Below, in pieces: positions 1-11,495 of a stretch of 64,000 bases of DNA. The DNA lies in assembly GCF_004010195.1 (NCBI RefSeq), contig NC_057719.1:48930723-48994722 (forward strand), in the 5' to 3' direction. The position numbers were made by a program, and so were the translations under genes. The notes below the pieces were generated by a model. The model made no database searches, had not been told where the DNA came from, and saw nothing but the letters and a program-made list of their open reading frames with translations. Source of the stretch: Chiloscyllium plagiosum (Eukaryota). The stretch's first letter is position 1, and every line of letters starts with the position of its first letter.

Positions 1-49
1 TTGAAAGATTTATACAATGAGTTTCCCTCTTCTGGTCCATTCCATATGA

Positions 50-540
50 TTCCATTCAAAGGATTTATCCAATACCCTTTAGAATAATATTATGGAGTAC
101 CTTTTCACCACACTTTCCAGATCACAGAAGCTGGCTGTGTACATTTTTTCAAGCTCGTATTGATCTGGTTCATTCGCAAATTATGTTAAATCCGTGTCCA
201 CTGGTCACTGACTCTTTTTCCACTGGAAACAGGTTCTTCTTGTTTGCCAACTCACAATCCTTCAAGTTTTATAATACTTTTATGTCAAATCTCACCATAA
301 TTTTCTCTGTTCTATGATGAACGACCCCAGTTTCTCTAATTTCTTCCAATAAGTAAAGTCTTTCATGTCACTACTACTACAGTCTCTTAAGTATGGTCCT
401 CAGAATTGAGCACAGAATTTCATATGACACCTAAAATATCCTTTGTAAGTTTGAACATAGCTTATTTGCTTCAATGCTCTATGCCCTTATTAATAAAGTC
501 AAGGATCTCAATGACTTTCTAATAGCCCTCTGAAACCATT
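50..540 (-). mobile_element. Old CR1-type LINE 3' fragment
   Basis: Degenerate reverse-complement similarity to CR1 RT C-terminus/3' region seen elsewhere in the window. Confidence 0.45.
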
Positions 541-574
541 CTAGCAATCTTTGAGAAGATTTGTAGCTAAGGTT

Positions 575-826
575 GATGATAAGTATGTAAGATAGCTCGC
601 TGAGCTGGAAGGTTTGTTTTCAGATGTTTCATCTCCATGACTAGGTAACATCATCAGTGAGATTTATATTTATTCTGTTATACTATATATTCTATTTATA
701 GAGAGCTGGGACATACCACCAGTGCTTCACTGTAGACTCTCACTGAAGATGTTAATTAGTCATGGTGACAAAGCATCTGAAAACAAACCTTCCAGCTCAG
801 TGAGCTAACTTATATGCTTACCATTC
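575..826. mobile_element. Penelope-derived inverted-repeat element with hammerhead-like cores
   Basis: ~85-bp arms 575-661 and 739-826 are reverse complements; the left arm (minus) reads CTGATGA...GAAAC ATC, the right arm CTGAAGA...AAAGC ATC. Confidence 0.75.
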
Positions 827-844
827 TAACAACTTAAAATCCGA

Positions 845-1128
845 TAGCTCAGTGGTTGGCTCTGTTGCCTCACAATGTCAGGAACCTGGGTACAATTCCA
901 CTCTTGGGCAACTGTCTGTGTGGAGTTTGCACATTCTCCTCATGTCGATGCAGGTCCTCTCTGGGTGCTCTGATTTCCTCCTACAGTCCAAAGATGTGCA
1001 GGTTAGATGGATTAGCCATGGAAAATGCAGGGTTACAGTGATAGTGTCGGGGGTGGGATGCTGTTTGGAGGTTTGGTGTGGATTCAATGGGCCAAATGGC
1101 CTGCTTCCACACTGGAGGGATTCTATGA
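845..1128 (+). mobile_element. tRNA-derived SINE (shark HE1-like)
   Basis: A-box-like ctcagtggttgg, B-box-like gggtacaattcc, core tgtgtggagtttgcacattctcc...cagtccaaagatgtgcagg, CR1-like 3' tail gggccaaatggcctg. Confidence 0.85.
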
Positions 1129-1224
1129 AATAAGTGTATGTGCATCGCAAACCTCTCATTCAAGTAAATCATTTATAATTGTACCGTATCATTTATATTG
1201 TCATGGGAAGGGGCAAGTGGCAGT

Positions 1225-1405
1225 TAGCTGGGCAACTGGTTTGCAATGCAAAGTAATGCCAACAGCATATGCTCAAATCCTGCACCAGCCAAGGACTTCC
1301 CCTTTCAACCTCAACCCGTGCCTGAGGCATGTTGACTCTCAGGCTAAATCTCCATCAGTCATAGAATCCCTAATGAGATAGTGGGACTGTGGTGACTTTA
1401 TCTCT
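1225..1405 (+). mobile_element. Degenerate SINE fragment (second family)
   Basis: tRNA-like head remnant and tail gggactgtggtgacttta; highly diverged. Confidence 0.35.
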
Positions 1406-1889
1406 ACATTTTCTATTGCCCCTCCACATCCTTCCCACAAAAATCAAGCATTTAATGCACCTTTCTGTGCATTAAATATAATCTGCCATGGGTCTACCCA
1501 TTTCACCAATCTGGTTATATCCTTCAAAAGTCTCTTTCAATGCCGTCTATTTAAAACATTCACTATAACCCTTTCTGTATATTCTGTAATCATTCTGGAT
1601 TACCACTAGATCATGAGCCCAACTTTCCTTGTCAGCCTCATTTTGCTGATTTGGCTCAAACTTATCAGAAATCAGCTAAGTGTCATTTTTGAGTGACTTT
1701 ATGGAGGTTTTCTCTCTGGGAGGTCCACTGGGTTTTCTCACATTATTATCCCAGACCCACCTCATTAATGCGTACCTTGCTTCTATGGCACCACACTTGT
1801 CCAATTCTCCGACTTGCTATAGATGGAAAGCTTCATCACTGCCAGAATAATCTGGGATCCTTGCTGCTGGCACCATGTTTAAAAGGGGT

Positions 1890-2800
1890 TTTAAGGCTAG
1901 TCCAGAGCTGTCAGTCCAGAGCTGTGCTGCATGGTTTATGACATTTACCGTTACTAATACGGAGCTCCGCTGTGCAGTCAGGGACCTGATGAAAATGGTT
2001 GTGAAGAGGAAAGCCACAATGCAAGACCCTGCCAGCTGGATCGGAGGTTGCCATCCAGGTCGGCACAGTCTCTACAATCCAGAGAAATTCCCAACAACGC
2101 TGTAAGAGAGTCAATGTCCTTTATTACTCAGCCAGGGTAAGTATCATCAGCTTCTTGGAACTGTTCTGACAAAGGATCACTGGACTCAAAATGTTGATTC
2201 TGTTTCACTCTCCTCAGAAGTTGTCAGATCTGCTGAGTTTCTCCACCACTCTACATTTTTGTTTAAGAAGCATTGTTATTTGCTCTGCCCCTCTCCCGTT
2301 AGCACCACTGTGAATGTGTTCAAAACAGACCACAACCTTTACCCTTCGTTTGTTCTCTCTTTTGTCTCCTGCGGGTACAAATGATATTACCACACTCTCC
2401 ATTGTCAAGTGAACAAGACATCACAGATGCTTCAATAAAATGCACCAGTCAAGCTGCCTTCTGCACCCTCCACCAATTCTGATTCCGGCATCTCAATGGG
2501 AACATTACCTAGAATCCTTCGCACATACTGATGAGTATGTCACAGCCAGGTTTCTCCAAGCAGGGAAAGACCTCATGGTGTTAGCAGTTCAGAAGCTCAT
2601 TGATGTGCGCAAGCAGACACCAGAGCAGCAAATACACTTTTCAGGGACATTGGACAACTTGACACAAAGTCTGCAGGACTGTCCCAATGCCATCAGAGCT
2701 GTGTTGCCTCAAGCATGTGACTATCTGGCTGCCTACTTGGACAGATTGGCAACTGCCAAGGAGAACCTGACCTAGCTGTCTCAGAATCTGCTCGATATGC
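1890..2800 (+). pseudogene. Decayed Harbinger-type Myb/SANT DNA-binding gene
   Basis: W-(frameshift)-EVAIQVGTVSTIQRNSQQRCKRVNVLYYSAR followed by a gtaagt donor (~2037-2142) fits the Myb/SANT trihelix of PIF/Harbinger ORF1; ORF 2440..2775 is a helical C-terminal remnant. Confidence 0.55.
2160..2265 (+). mobile_element. Penelope-derived arm with decayed hammerhead core
   Basis: gttCTGACAAaggatcactggactcAAAATGTTgattctgtttc...ctgctgagtttctcca, same family as 16437-16622 and 63665-63838. Confidence 0.5.
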
Positions 2801-3004
2801 ATGTAGACCTACACTCCATTGCTTTAGTCCATCTGGTGCTCAACACCAACAGCAAGATAGTAGAAAGATGAGTGATCTTGAGCCCCTTTCTCACTAGGAG
2901 ATAGGGTAGTGCCAGAGAAGCAACTACATAGAGGCCCCCAGAAGACCTCTTGTAGGACCCTCCAGAGGTAGTCACTTTGAGCCCTGTGGGAGTTCAAGCT
3001 TAGA

Positions 3005-3112
3005 TGTCACATGACACCCGATTATAGTCAAATAAACCTGTTGGACTATAACCTGGTGTTGGGTAACTTCTGGCTTTGTCCACCTCAGTCCAAAACCATG
3101 ACCTCTACATCA
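3005..3112. repeat. Short inverted-repeat element remnant (probably Penelope-derived)
   Basis: cacatgacacc..ttatagtcaaa pairs with ttggactataacctggtgttgggt, followed by a conserved-looking arm. Confidence 0.4.
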
Positions 3113-5566
3113 TGGAGTTCAAGCTGAGGAGGACACATGCATGCCTGGGCCCTCTCGCCACAAACACCCCGGGGGTCAACTGACAAAAGTGTCAAAGCAA
3201 ATGACTCCACTGTAGGGCAGACACTCTCCACCCCAGAACTATAGTGAGACATTGTGGGAAGAAAAGAGAGAAGATCTTGCAAGGACACATCAGTGCCATG
3301 TGTGTCAATTAATCATAAGTACATTCTCACATTTGTAAATATATGTTCTCTTTTCTTCATGAGCTGTGTGAGTGACTATCTAACCACAGCTACAACATTG
3401 AAGGTATAGAACCTAACCACCTTCATTGTTATATTGTGGTCCTAGGTGCAAAGAGAGCAGCTCCTGTACCATGCAGAGGTGAAAGAAACTTGGAAGGTGA
3501 TTGTTATTTTGGCAACTTGGGTTAATCTTTCCATGAATGAAAACATTGCTTATGCATTATAGCCATTAGTGGGCTTGATACCTGATGCTGTGTGATGTGG
3601 TCAAGAGTGCTTGAGGCAAGGATTTGGACTTCACTCAGGAGGTTAATGCCAAAGATTCACATAGCATGTCGTGCTCACAGGTGTCTTATACTTGTACTAT
3701 ATGGGTGTTTGTGAAATGCTTTTGCCCTTTGAAGAGCCTCACATTGCATGAAATTGAAGCTCCCCAAGTCACACAATGAAATACTTACCCTGCCCACTCC
3801 AAGGGTGGTCACAGCCATTTTCAACTCCATTTCACAGTAGTTATATACAGCATGAGGTAAGGAAAGAACAGTCTCCCCTCAACCAGTGAATTTCACACTC
3901 AGCCTTATACTATTGGGAAATGCCTCCAAAGTACACATTCCCTTATAAAGGCAAAATGCTGCATATGCTGAAATCGGAAACAAACACAGACAAATTTAAC
4001 ATTTCCAGTCCTGTATGACTGTTCTGAAGAAGAGTCCTTACTGCCCCTGAGTGGTTGACTGACTATGAGTAAGACCAAAGGACCTGTTTTGGAAACTGCT
4101 TTGACTTATTGTGCTGAGACTCCTGAAGGGTGTCTCCATTGACTTAACTGAAGTCAACTCCCCTTAGATTTTGCAACATGCTCACTCAGTTGAATCATGT
4201 GCAGCATGTTTGCCATATATAAGTGAGATTGATATAGCACAGTGCAAGACAACAACGTGTCGACCCGTTTGATTGATGACAGCTGACAACCATGACAAAC
4301 TGTTTGGCTTTGTGTCTGAGTTGAAACGCAAGGCAAGACAAAAGTACCGTGAGCCTTCAATCTCTGGCTGAGGGGATGAAACAAAAAGTATAGGAAGGCA
4401 GAGATCTTGTGAGCATTAGAGTGGGCACAAAGTGACTAAAAACAATAAGAGAACAAGCAAGGAGCTCTGACATGCACCCTGGTCCAATCCAAAATATCCT
4501 GGCAGCAGCGTTGTAACAATAGATGCCAGTATGCTTCAAGTGTGGCAGTGAAGTGCAGACGTGTACTATAAGTGGATCAGAAGTGTGCCATGATGAAGCA
4601 ATAAAACTGGCATAAGTCGACTATAGATAGGTGAGTGAGACCACTGCCCATGGAGTATGTCCTGAGATGCTGGTATCCAGTCAAGATGGAAGTCTGGCAT
4701 AGCAAACAGCAATAATTTGCCTTACAAATGAAGAATTCTTTGTGTTATCTATCCAGCAGATGGAGAATGGGAAACCAAACAGTAATTAACAATATTCTCT
4801 CTAAACTGCATAGCTGCATATGCGTGTAGTTGCTGCAAGAATCTGTACTTGGCAATGCCATTCACAGAATTGAATCCCAGTTCCAGAAATCACTGTCACA
4901 CACTAATCTCAGATGTCAATGCAGAAGATAAAGAAATTATTGGGCATGATGGTAATGAGGTAAGATTAAGTACAAACAACACTATTAATGAGGGATACTC
5001 CCTGCAAATTGGGTTTTTGCCACTCCCCAGCAAGAATTCTGACTCATTATCCAAAAATTGATTGGAAAATGGGACGTTTTGATCTTGACATCAAGAAGAT
5101 CCTCACTGGACATCTTACCCAATTTTCCCAACCATCTTATCATGACCTGCAGGGACTGTGAAAACTCTGCCAATTGAAGCTATAGACAGTCATCCAGAAT
5201 GGTCTAGTTTTGGATAGCCCTCTTTTCCCCTCAGTGGGAATGTGCCATCACAGTGACTGAACCATTTCTTCTCTGAAGGAAATTGCTAATTCATGATTTA
5301 TGTCCTAATCTTTGAATCAAATCCAAGCCAACTACATCACTTTGCAATTCATTAAATTTAACACTTGTTCAGTCAGATATATTCACATTTGCTTTTTCAT
5401 TTGTTCTTTTCCATATCTTAAAACTTAAAAATATTGTGATCACTGCATCTCAAATGCTTCCTCGCTCAAACACAATCATCTTGCCATACTTTATTACCCA
5501 GAAAGCAGATGCAGGACTGCTTCCATTCTCATTGGGCTAGAAATACATTGATCAAAAACTTATACA

Positions 5567-6055
5567 ATCATAGAGTCATAGAGATATACAGCACAGAAAC
5601 AAACTCTTCAGTCCAATTCTTCCATGCCGGCCAGATATCCTAAATAAATCTAACGCCTTTTTCCAGGATTTGACCCATATCCCTCTAAATCCCTCTTATA
5701 CATATACCCATCCAGCTGCCTTTTAAATGCTGTAATTGTACCAGCCTCCATTACTTCCTCTGGCAGCTCATTCCATACAGACAACACCCTCTGCATGAAA
5801 ACATTGCCCCTTAGATCCCTTTTAAGTCTTTTCCCTTTCACCTTAAGCCTATGCCCCCTAGTTTTGGACACCCCCTCCCCGGGAAAAAGACCTTATCTAA
5901 TGACACTATGCATGCACCTCATTATTTAATAAACCTCTATAAAGTCACACCTCAGCCTCTGGCACTCCAGGGAAAACAGCGCCAGCCCATTCAGCCTCTC
6001 CATATAGCTCAAACGATCCAACCCTGGCAACATCCTTGTAAATCTTCACTGAACA
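5567..6055 (-). mobile_element. CR1 LINE 3' end
   Basis: ORF 5650..5871 SKTRGHRLKV...VWNELPEEV (CR1 ORF2 C-terminus); (tcatagag)n tail. Confidence 0.9.
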
Positions 6056-8079
6056 CTCTTGTAAACATTTCAGGAATTCCTTTCCCTTAGCACAGTTCTT
6101 TTCCAATTTTATATTAAGTTAATTATCACCATTATCCCCCATTACCACTGATCAGTAATGCTTGCATCTTTCTCTGGTTTGCCTTCAAATTTGCTTCTCT
6201 ATCTTCTTCTCACTGTTTGCTGACCCAACAGCAGAGCACTTCTTTCACATTTCTTAATATAACCAAATAAATTGTTTTTGAAATTTCAAGTAGATCCTCT
6301 CTTTCTTGAGATGCAAATATGTCTTTGATCAATACTGTCATCCAAGCTCCAATTCTATTTCTCTTTGCCTAACTTTCCCAGACGACTGGAGGCCATCACT
6401 CCTATATTTGAGTCAGGCTTTTGTGAATGACAGTGACATGGCTGTATTTGTGCCTGAAACTGATCAACTTCATTTATCCCACTCCATTTACTCACATACA
6501 CTTTAACCCTTGTCCACTGAATGAGTTAATCCCCTGGTGACTTTGGAGTCAGGCCTATTGAAGTGGGGCAAATTCATCATGTGCAGTAGAGGTGATCCCA
6601 ATGCCCCAGGCATCAGAAAACTCCCTCTCACACCATTCCCACAACCTGTGTTAACCTAGATTATCTTACCCCTCATTTACCCAATTGCATGTATCTGAGA
6701 GTAATCCTGCAATTATTATCTTTGAAGCCATGTCTTTTAATATTAACCTTCCTTCTTTTTTTTCTGCAGTTAAGATGTCATGTAAAGTCATGGAAAGGAG
6801 CAAAACTGGAGGAGCAGTATCCAATGTATCAGTCCCCACACAAACAGAGAAGTGTGGAAATGATTGGCTTTGGCTTAGTCATAAGTATCTGGGAAGGAGA
6901 AGGCGATAACTTATCCAAGCACAGTGCTCAGATATTATTTACTTCCATTCATTCATCTCAGCAGAAATGGAGCATTCCTTCACATTTCTAAATGCTTTCT
7001 TGCGAGTTTCACCTATTTGTCCAGCTTCACTTTGTCTCTCATTCTTGCCCTCTTTTCTCTTCCTGCTCAGCAGCAGGAGGGTCATATAGAAGAAAAGACA
7101 TCTCAAAGATGATCCTCCTGAGGAGTCTTTATCTCAAGTTCCACTGTTTACTTGAAGCAGCTCCAATGGTATTCAGCCATGTTCAAGCACGCAGCTCCAA
7201 TGGGCAGCAGGAGCTACTGGTGGCAATAGGAGAGCTCAGTGGAGATGGAGTCCTAATTCAATCTCTTGCTAAGAACTACACAGTTGAATAAGTTGTGAGC
7301 CCAGCACAAAAGGGAAAATGTTTGGAATCACACAAGCAGTTATGCAAAGTGTGTCAAGGAGTTTCACAGCCTGGCTGGAGTGTAGAAGAATCTATTTCCA
7401 GCCTGGATGGTGTCATCTCCATGACAATGCCATACTGTATTCCAGCTTAGGGAGCATAGTCTGTTCCATGTTGTAGTCAGATATTCATACCAGTAGAACA
7501 TGAGGCAGAACTTGATATGGGTTGCACTGTTTGTGGGGTGTGAAGCTGGCGCAAAAAATACCATTTTAACATTGAGCAGCCTTTGCACAATTAACATTAG
7601 CATTCACCCCACAGTTAAACTGGTGGGGTCCATTGCAGATTTCTAAACATTAGGACTCTTCCACATGCAAATTAGGGATCTATCTAAGAGCCCCTTTTGA
7701 ATGTTCATCAGGGTTAAATGAGGTAATCATAAGCTGTGGAAGAATATAAACCAGAAGTTGCAGCTCACCATTTAATTCAAATAAAGTCCAAGTAACCCTT
7801 TGATCAAGGATGGGTTCTGAAGTAAGAATTGCCCACTTGGCTTCGATTTTGCCAGTGGAGCATTGATGGCTCACTGTTTGCCCAGCTTATAAATTTGATG
7901 GAAATTCGAAAAGCTGCCAGACAGATCCTGAACTACAGATAGATTGGCAGATTGAAAAAAACAAGAGAGAGTTTGAAGGAATCCAGTGCCATCCACTCTT
8001 CTTCAGATCAGAAGTACAGTAAATGACATCCTGCTTATGAGAAAAGTCAGCCTCGTGCACCTGTACACTTCCAATGTGT

Positions 8080-8920
8080 CACATCATTGATGTTCCCTGT
8101 GGCAACCTCAAAAGTTCCAGTGGCAAAACTTTAAGGGCAACTTTGACAGCCATAGGCATAGAGGGTCTCCCAGCAAATAGCTTGTCTCATGAAAGCAAGC
8201 CTACTGATGAACTAATTTTGAGAGAGCCCCAAACAGGTTTTTCTGAGCCAGAACATCACATGTACTGATATGATGTCCAATGAACTAGACTGTCAGCACA
8301 TTCACCACCATCAGCTTCATCTGCTGGTTTCTAAACTGAAAATCTCCTTCCATCCAGGATGGAGAGATAGGAAGGGCCTTCAGAATAAACAGACAAGGCA
8401 TACTGAGTGTGATAATGGCAGAAAATTCTAGTTGGAGAGTGATCGATAAGCTGCAAAATCTCCTGTAAAAACAGATAACTAAAAAGATTCTCTGACCTAT
8501 CAGCTGCACATGCGATCCCTTAACTTTAATGGAAAATATTGTCAATTAAGATGTTGATTGGTGTGATTAGAAATGGTGAATGTTTAAAGTAATTTTAAAC
8601 ATCTACATGTGGCATTCCAGGCTTTGGTCTGAGTTAAACTGGAGTTTTGTTTCTTTTAATGATGGAGATATTTGTGAATCTTAGTAGAAGGTAGCTGCAT
8701 GTAAACAATGGTGAAATGTCAGGATGAAAACAAGGTTATTACTAAACTCAATTATAGTCCATGTGCACAATGGAGGGCTGTACATGCGGAGTTTCGAATT
8801 CACCAGTGAGGGTATGACAGAGATGCCACCTAGTCTGCAAATCTGCATCACCTGCATTCTACAATCATCAATAATAAAGTTTATCAGTGTCCTTAGTTTC
8901 AATACAGAAGGCACCTTCTA
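8080..8920 (-). mobile_element. Decayed PIF/Harbinger transposase remnants
   Basis: MPMAVKVAL/FATGTFEVATGNI (8160-8090, frameshifted) and MPSVLKL..LINF...LGGIS (8914-8810) resemble the HARBI1-like HTH motif; KGSHVQL...WMEGD (8545-8330) resembles the DDE core. Confidence 0.45.
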
Positions 8921-9704
8921 AACACCATAAGCAATGTATTAAGAAGCAGCCACCTAAGGAAATAGCCATCACCATATTTCCTGCTGCAGCCATAGTGAGA
9001 TGCAGGAATGATATTCAGTTCCTGAATGCCCACATGTTGTAATGTCCCCTTTGACCTCTTTTCGCAGCCTGTACAGGTCTTTGCTGTCTTCCCTGCTGCT
9101 GCCCCTCCTCCTGATTTGAGAGCCACAATGCTAAGCCCAGCAGTGTTCCCATGTTGAACAATTCAGAACAAGCAAATTCTGTGAAACAGTTCTTGCTGCC
9201 CCCACCCCCCAAATCACTGCACCGAACTCTGCCAAAACAGCTAAAATTACAGACAGATAGCACTTCAGCAGCCTAAGTAATTAAGCAAAGACTTGCTTTG
9301 ATAGGAGGGAGGATTCCTTTCAATACTGCTTGGAAAATCTGCTTAGGGATTGTTCTTGGCATGATTTGCTGGGCGGATTAAGGAATTGACATTTTAGCCG
9401 TACATGGACATCAATTGAACAAAGGGGCCCTGCTTCAAGCGTAGGACCCTTTATGATCATATTGAAATGACGCCTATACTTGTTGGAGGCTGCTGGCATG
9501 GATAGCTTTCAATGTGGTATCACACATTTCCGGCTGTATTTCGGCTACCGCACACCTATTTTGGGCCTGGAAATCACAGGAGATGCATCATTATCATTTT
9601 CCCTTCATTCCCAAAAGGACCATTCTTAAAATCATTTGGTTCTGCATTGTTTGTGTCATATAAATGATAGTAACAATAAAATAAAATGAAATAAATATTT
9701 TCTT

Positions 9705-11495
9705 TCAAGAGATCAAGTGAACCCTTAGAGGAGTATAAAGGCAGTAGGAGTATACTTAAGAGGGAAATGAGGAGGGCAAAGAGGGTACAGAGCTTTGGCA
9801 AATGGAGTTAAGGAGAATCCAAAGGGATTTTATAAATACATTAAGGACTAAAGTTTGACTAAGAAGAGAATAGGGCCTCTCAAGATCAGCAAAGCAGCCT
9901 ATGTGTGGAGTGCAGGAGATGGGGGAGATATTAAATGAGTATTTGACATCAGTGTTTACTATGGAGAAGGACATGGAAGATACAGAACGTGGGGAAATAG
10001 ATGGTAACATCTTGAAAAATGTCCATGTTACAGAGGAGGAGGTGTTGGATGTCTTAAAATGCATAAAGGTGGGAAGTTAGGGAAGTGATTGCTGGACCCT
10101 TTGCTGAGATATTTGTATCATCGATAGTCACAGGTGAGGTGCCGGAAGACTGGAAGTTGGCTAACGTGGTGCCACTATTTAAGAAAGATAGTAAGGACAA
10201 GCCAGGCAACTATAGACCAGTGAGCCTGACATCGGTGGTGGGCAAGTTGTTGGAGGGATTCCTGAGGGACAGGATTTACATGTATTTGGAAAGGCTAGGA
10301 CTGGTTAGGGATAGCCAGCATGGTTTTCTGCAAGGTTAAATCATGTCTCACAAACTTGATTTGATTTTTTTGAAGAAGTAACAAAGGATTCATGAGTGCA
10401 GAGTGGTGGACGTGATCTATATGGACTTCAGTCAGTCATTCAACAGGGTTCCCCATGAGAGACTATTTGGCAAGGTTTTTTCTCATGGAATATAGGGAGG
10501 ATTAGCCATTTGGATACAGAACTGGCTCAAAGGTAGAAGACAGAGGGTGGCGGTGGACGGTTGTTTTTCAGACTGGAGGCCTGTGACCAGTGGTGTGCCA
10601 CAAGGATCGGTGCTGGGTCCACTGCTTTTCGTGATATATAAATGGTTGGGTGTGAACATAGGAGGTATAGTTAGTAAGTTTGCAGATGACACCAAAATTG
10701 GAGGTGTAGTGGACAGTGAAGAAGGTTACTTCAGAGTACAACGGGATCTTGATCAGATAGGCCAATGGGCTGAGGAGTGGCAGATGGAGTTTAATGTAGA
10801 TAAATGTGAGGTGCTGCATTTTGGAAAAGCAAATCAGAGCAGGATTTATACACTTAATGGTAACATCCTGGGGAATGTTGCTGAACAAAGCGACCTTAGA
10901 GTGCAAGTTCATAGTTCCCTAAAAGTAGAATTGCAGGTAGGTAGGATAGAGAAGAAGGTGCTTGGTATGCTTTCCTTTCTTGGTCAAAGCATTGAGTTTA
11001 GGAGTTGGGAGGTCATGTTGTGGCTGTACAGGACATTGGTTAAACCAATGGTTGGAATGATGCGTTCAGTTCTGGTCTCCTTCCTATTGGAAGGATGTTG
11101 TGAAATCTTGAAAGGATTCAGTAAAGATTTACAACAATATTGCCAGAGTTGGAGTCTTTGAGCTATAGGTGGAGTCTGAACAGGCTGGGACTGTTTTCCC
11201 TGGAGCGTCGGAGGCTGAGGGATGACCTTATAGAGGTTTATAAAATCATGAAGGGCATGGTTAGGGTAATTACATAAGGTCTTTTCCCAGTTGTCGGGGA
11301 GTCCAGAACTAAAGAGCATAGGTTTCAGGTGAGAGGGGAAAGATATAAAAGGGACCTAAGGAGCAACTTTTTTCACACAGAGGGTGGTGCATGTATGGAA
11401 TGAACTGCCAGAGGAAGTGGTGGAAGCTGGTACAATTACAGCATTTAAAAGGCAACTGGATGGGTTTGGAAGGATATGGGCCAAGTGCAGGCAAA
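9705..11495 (+). mobile_element. CR1 LINE ORF2 (RT) copy A, 5'-truncated; its 3' UTR continues at 13918-13946 and 15990-16060
   Basis: PEDWKLANVVPLFKK, NYRPVSLTS, GVPQGSVLGP, KFADDTK; frameshifted. Confidence 0.93.

Noticed and set aside
845..905. tRNA-like A/B boxes here and in other SINE heads
   Set aside because: Part of SINEs, with no complete cloverleaf; not tRNA genes
6900..7300. Possible second Myb/SANT relic on the minus strand
   Set aside because: Too degenerate to support by eye
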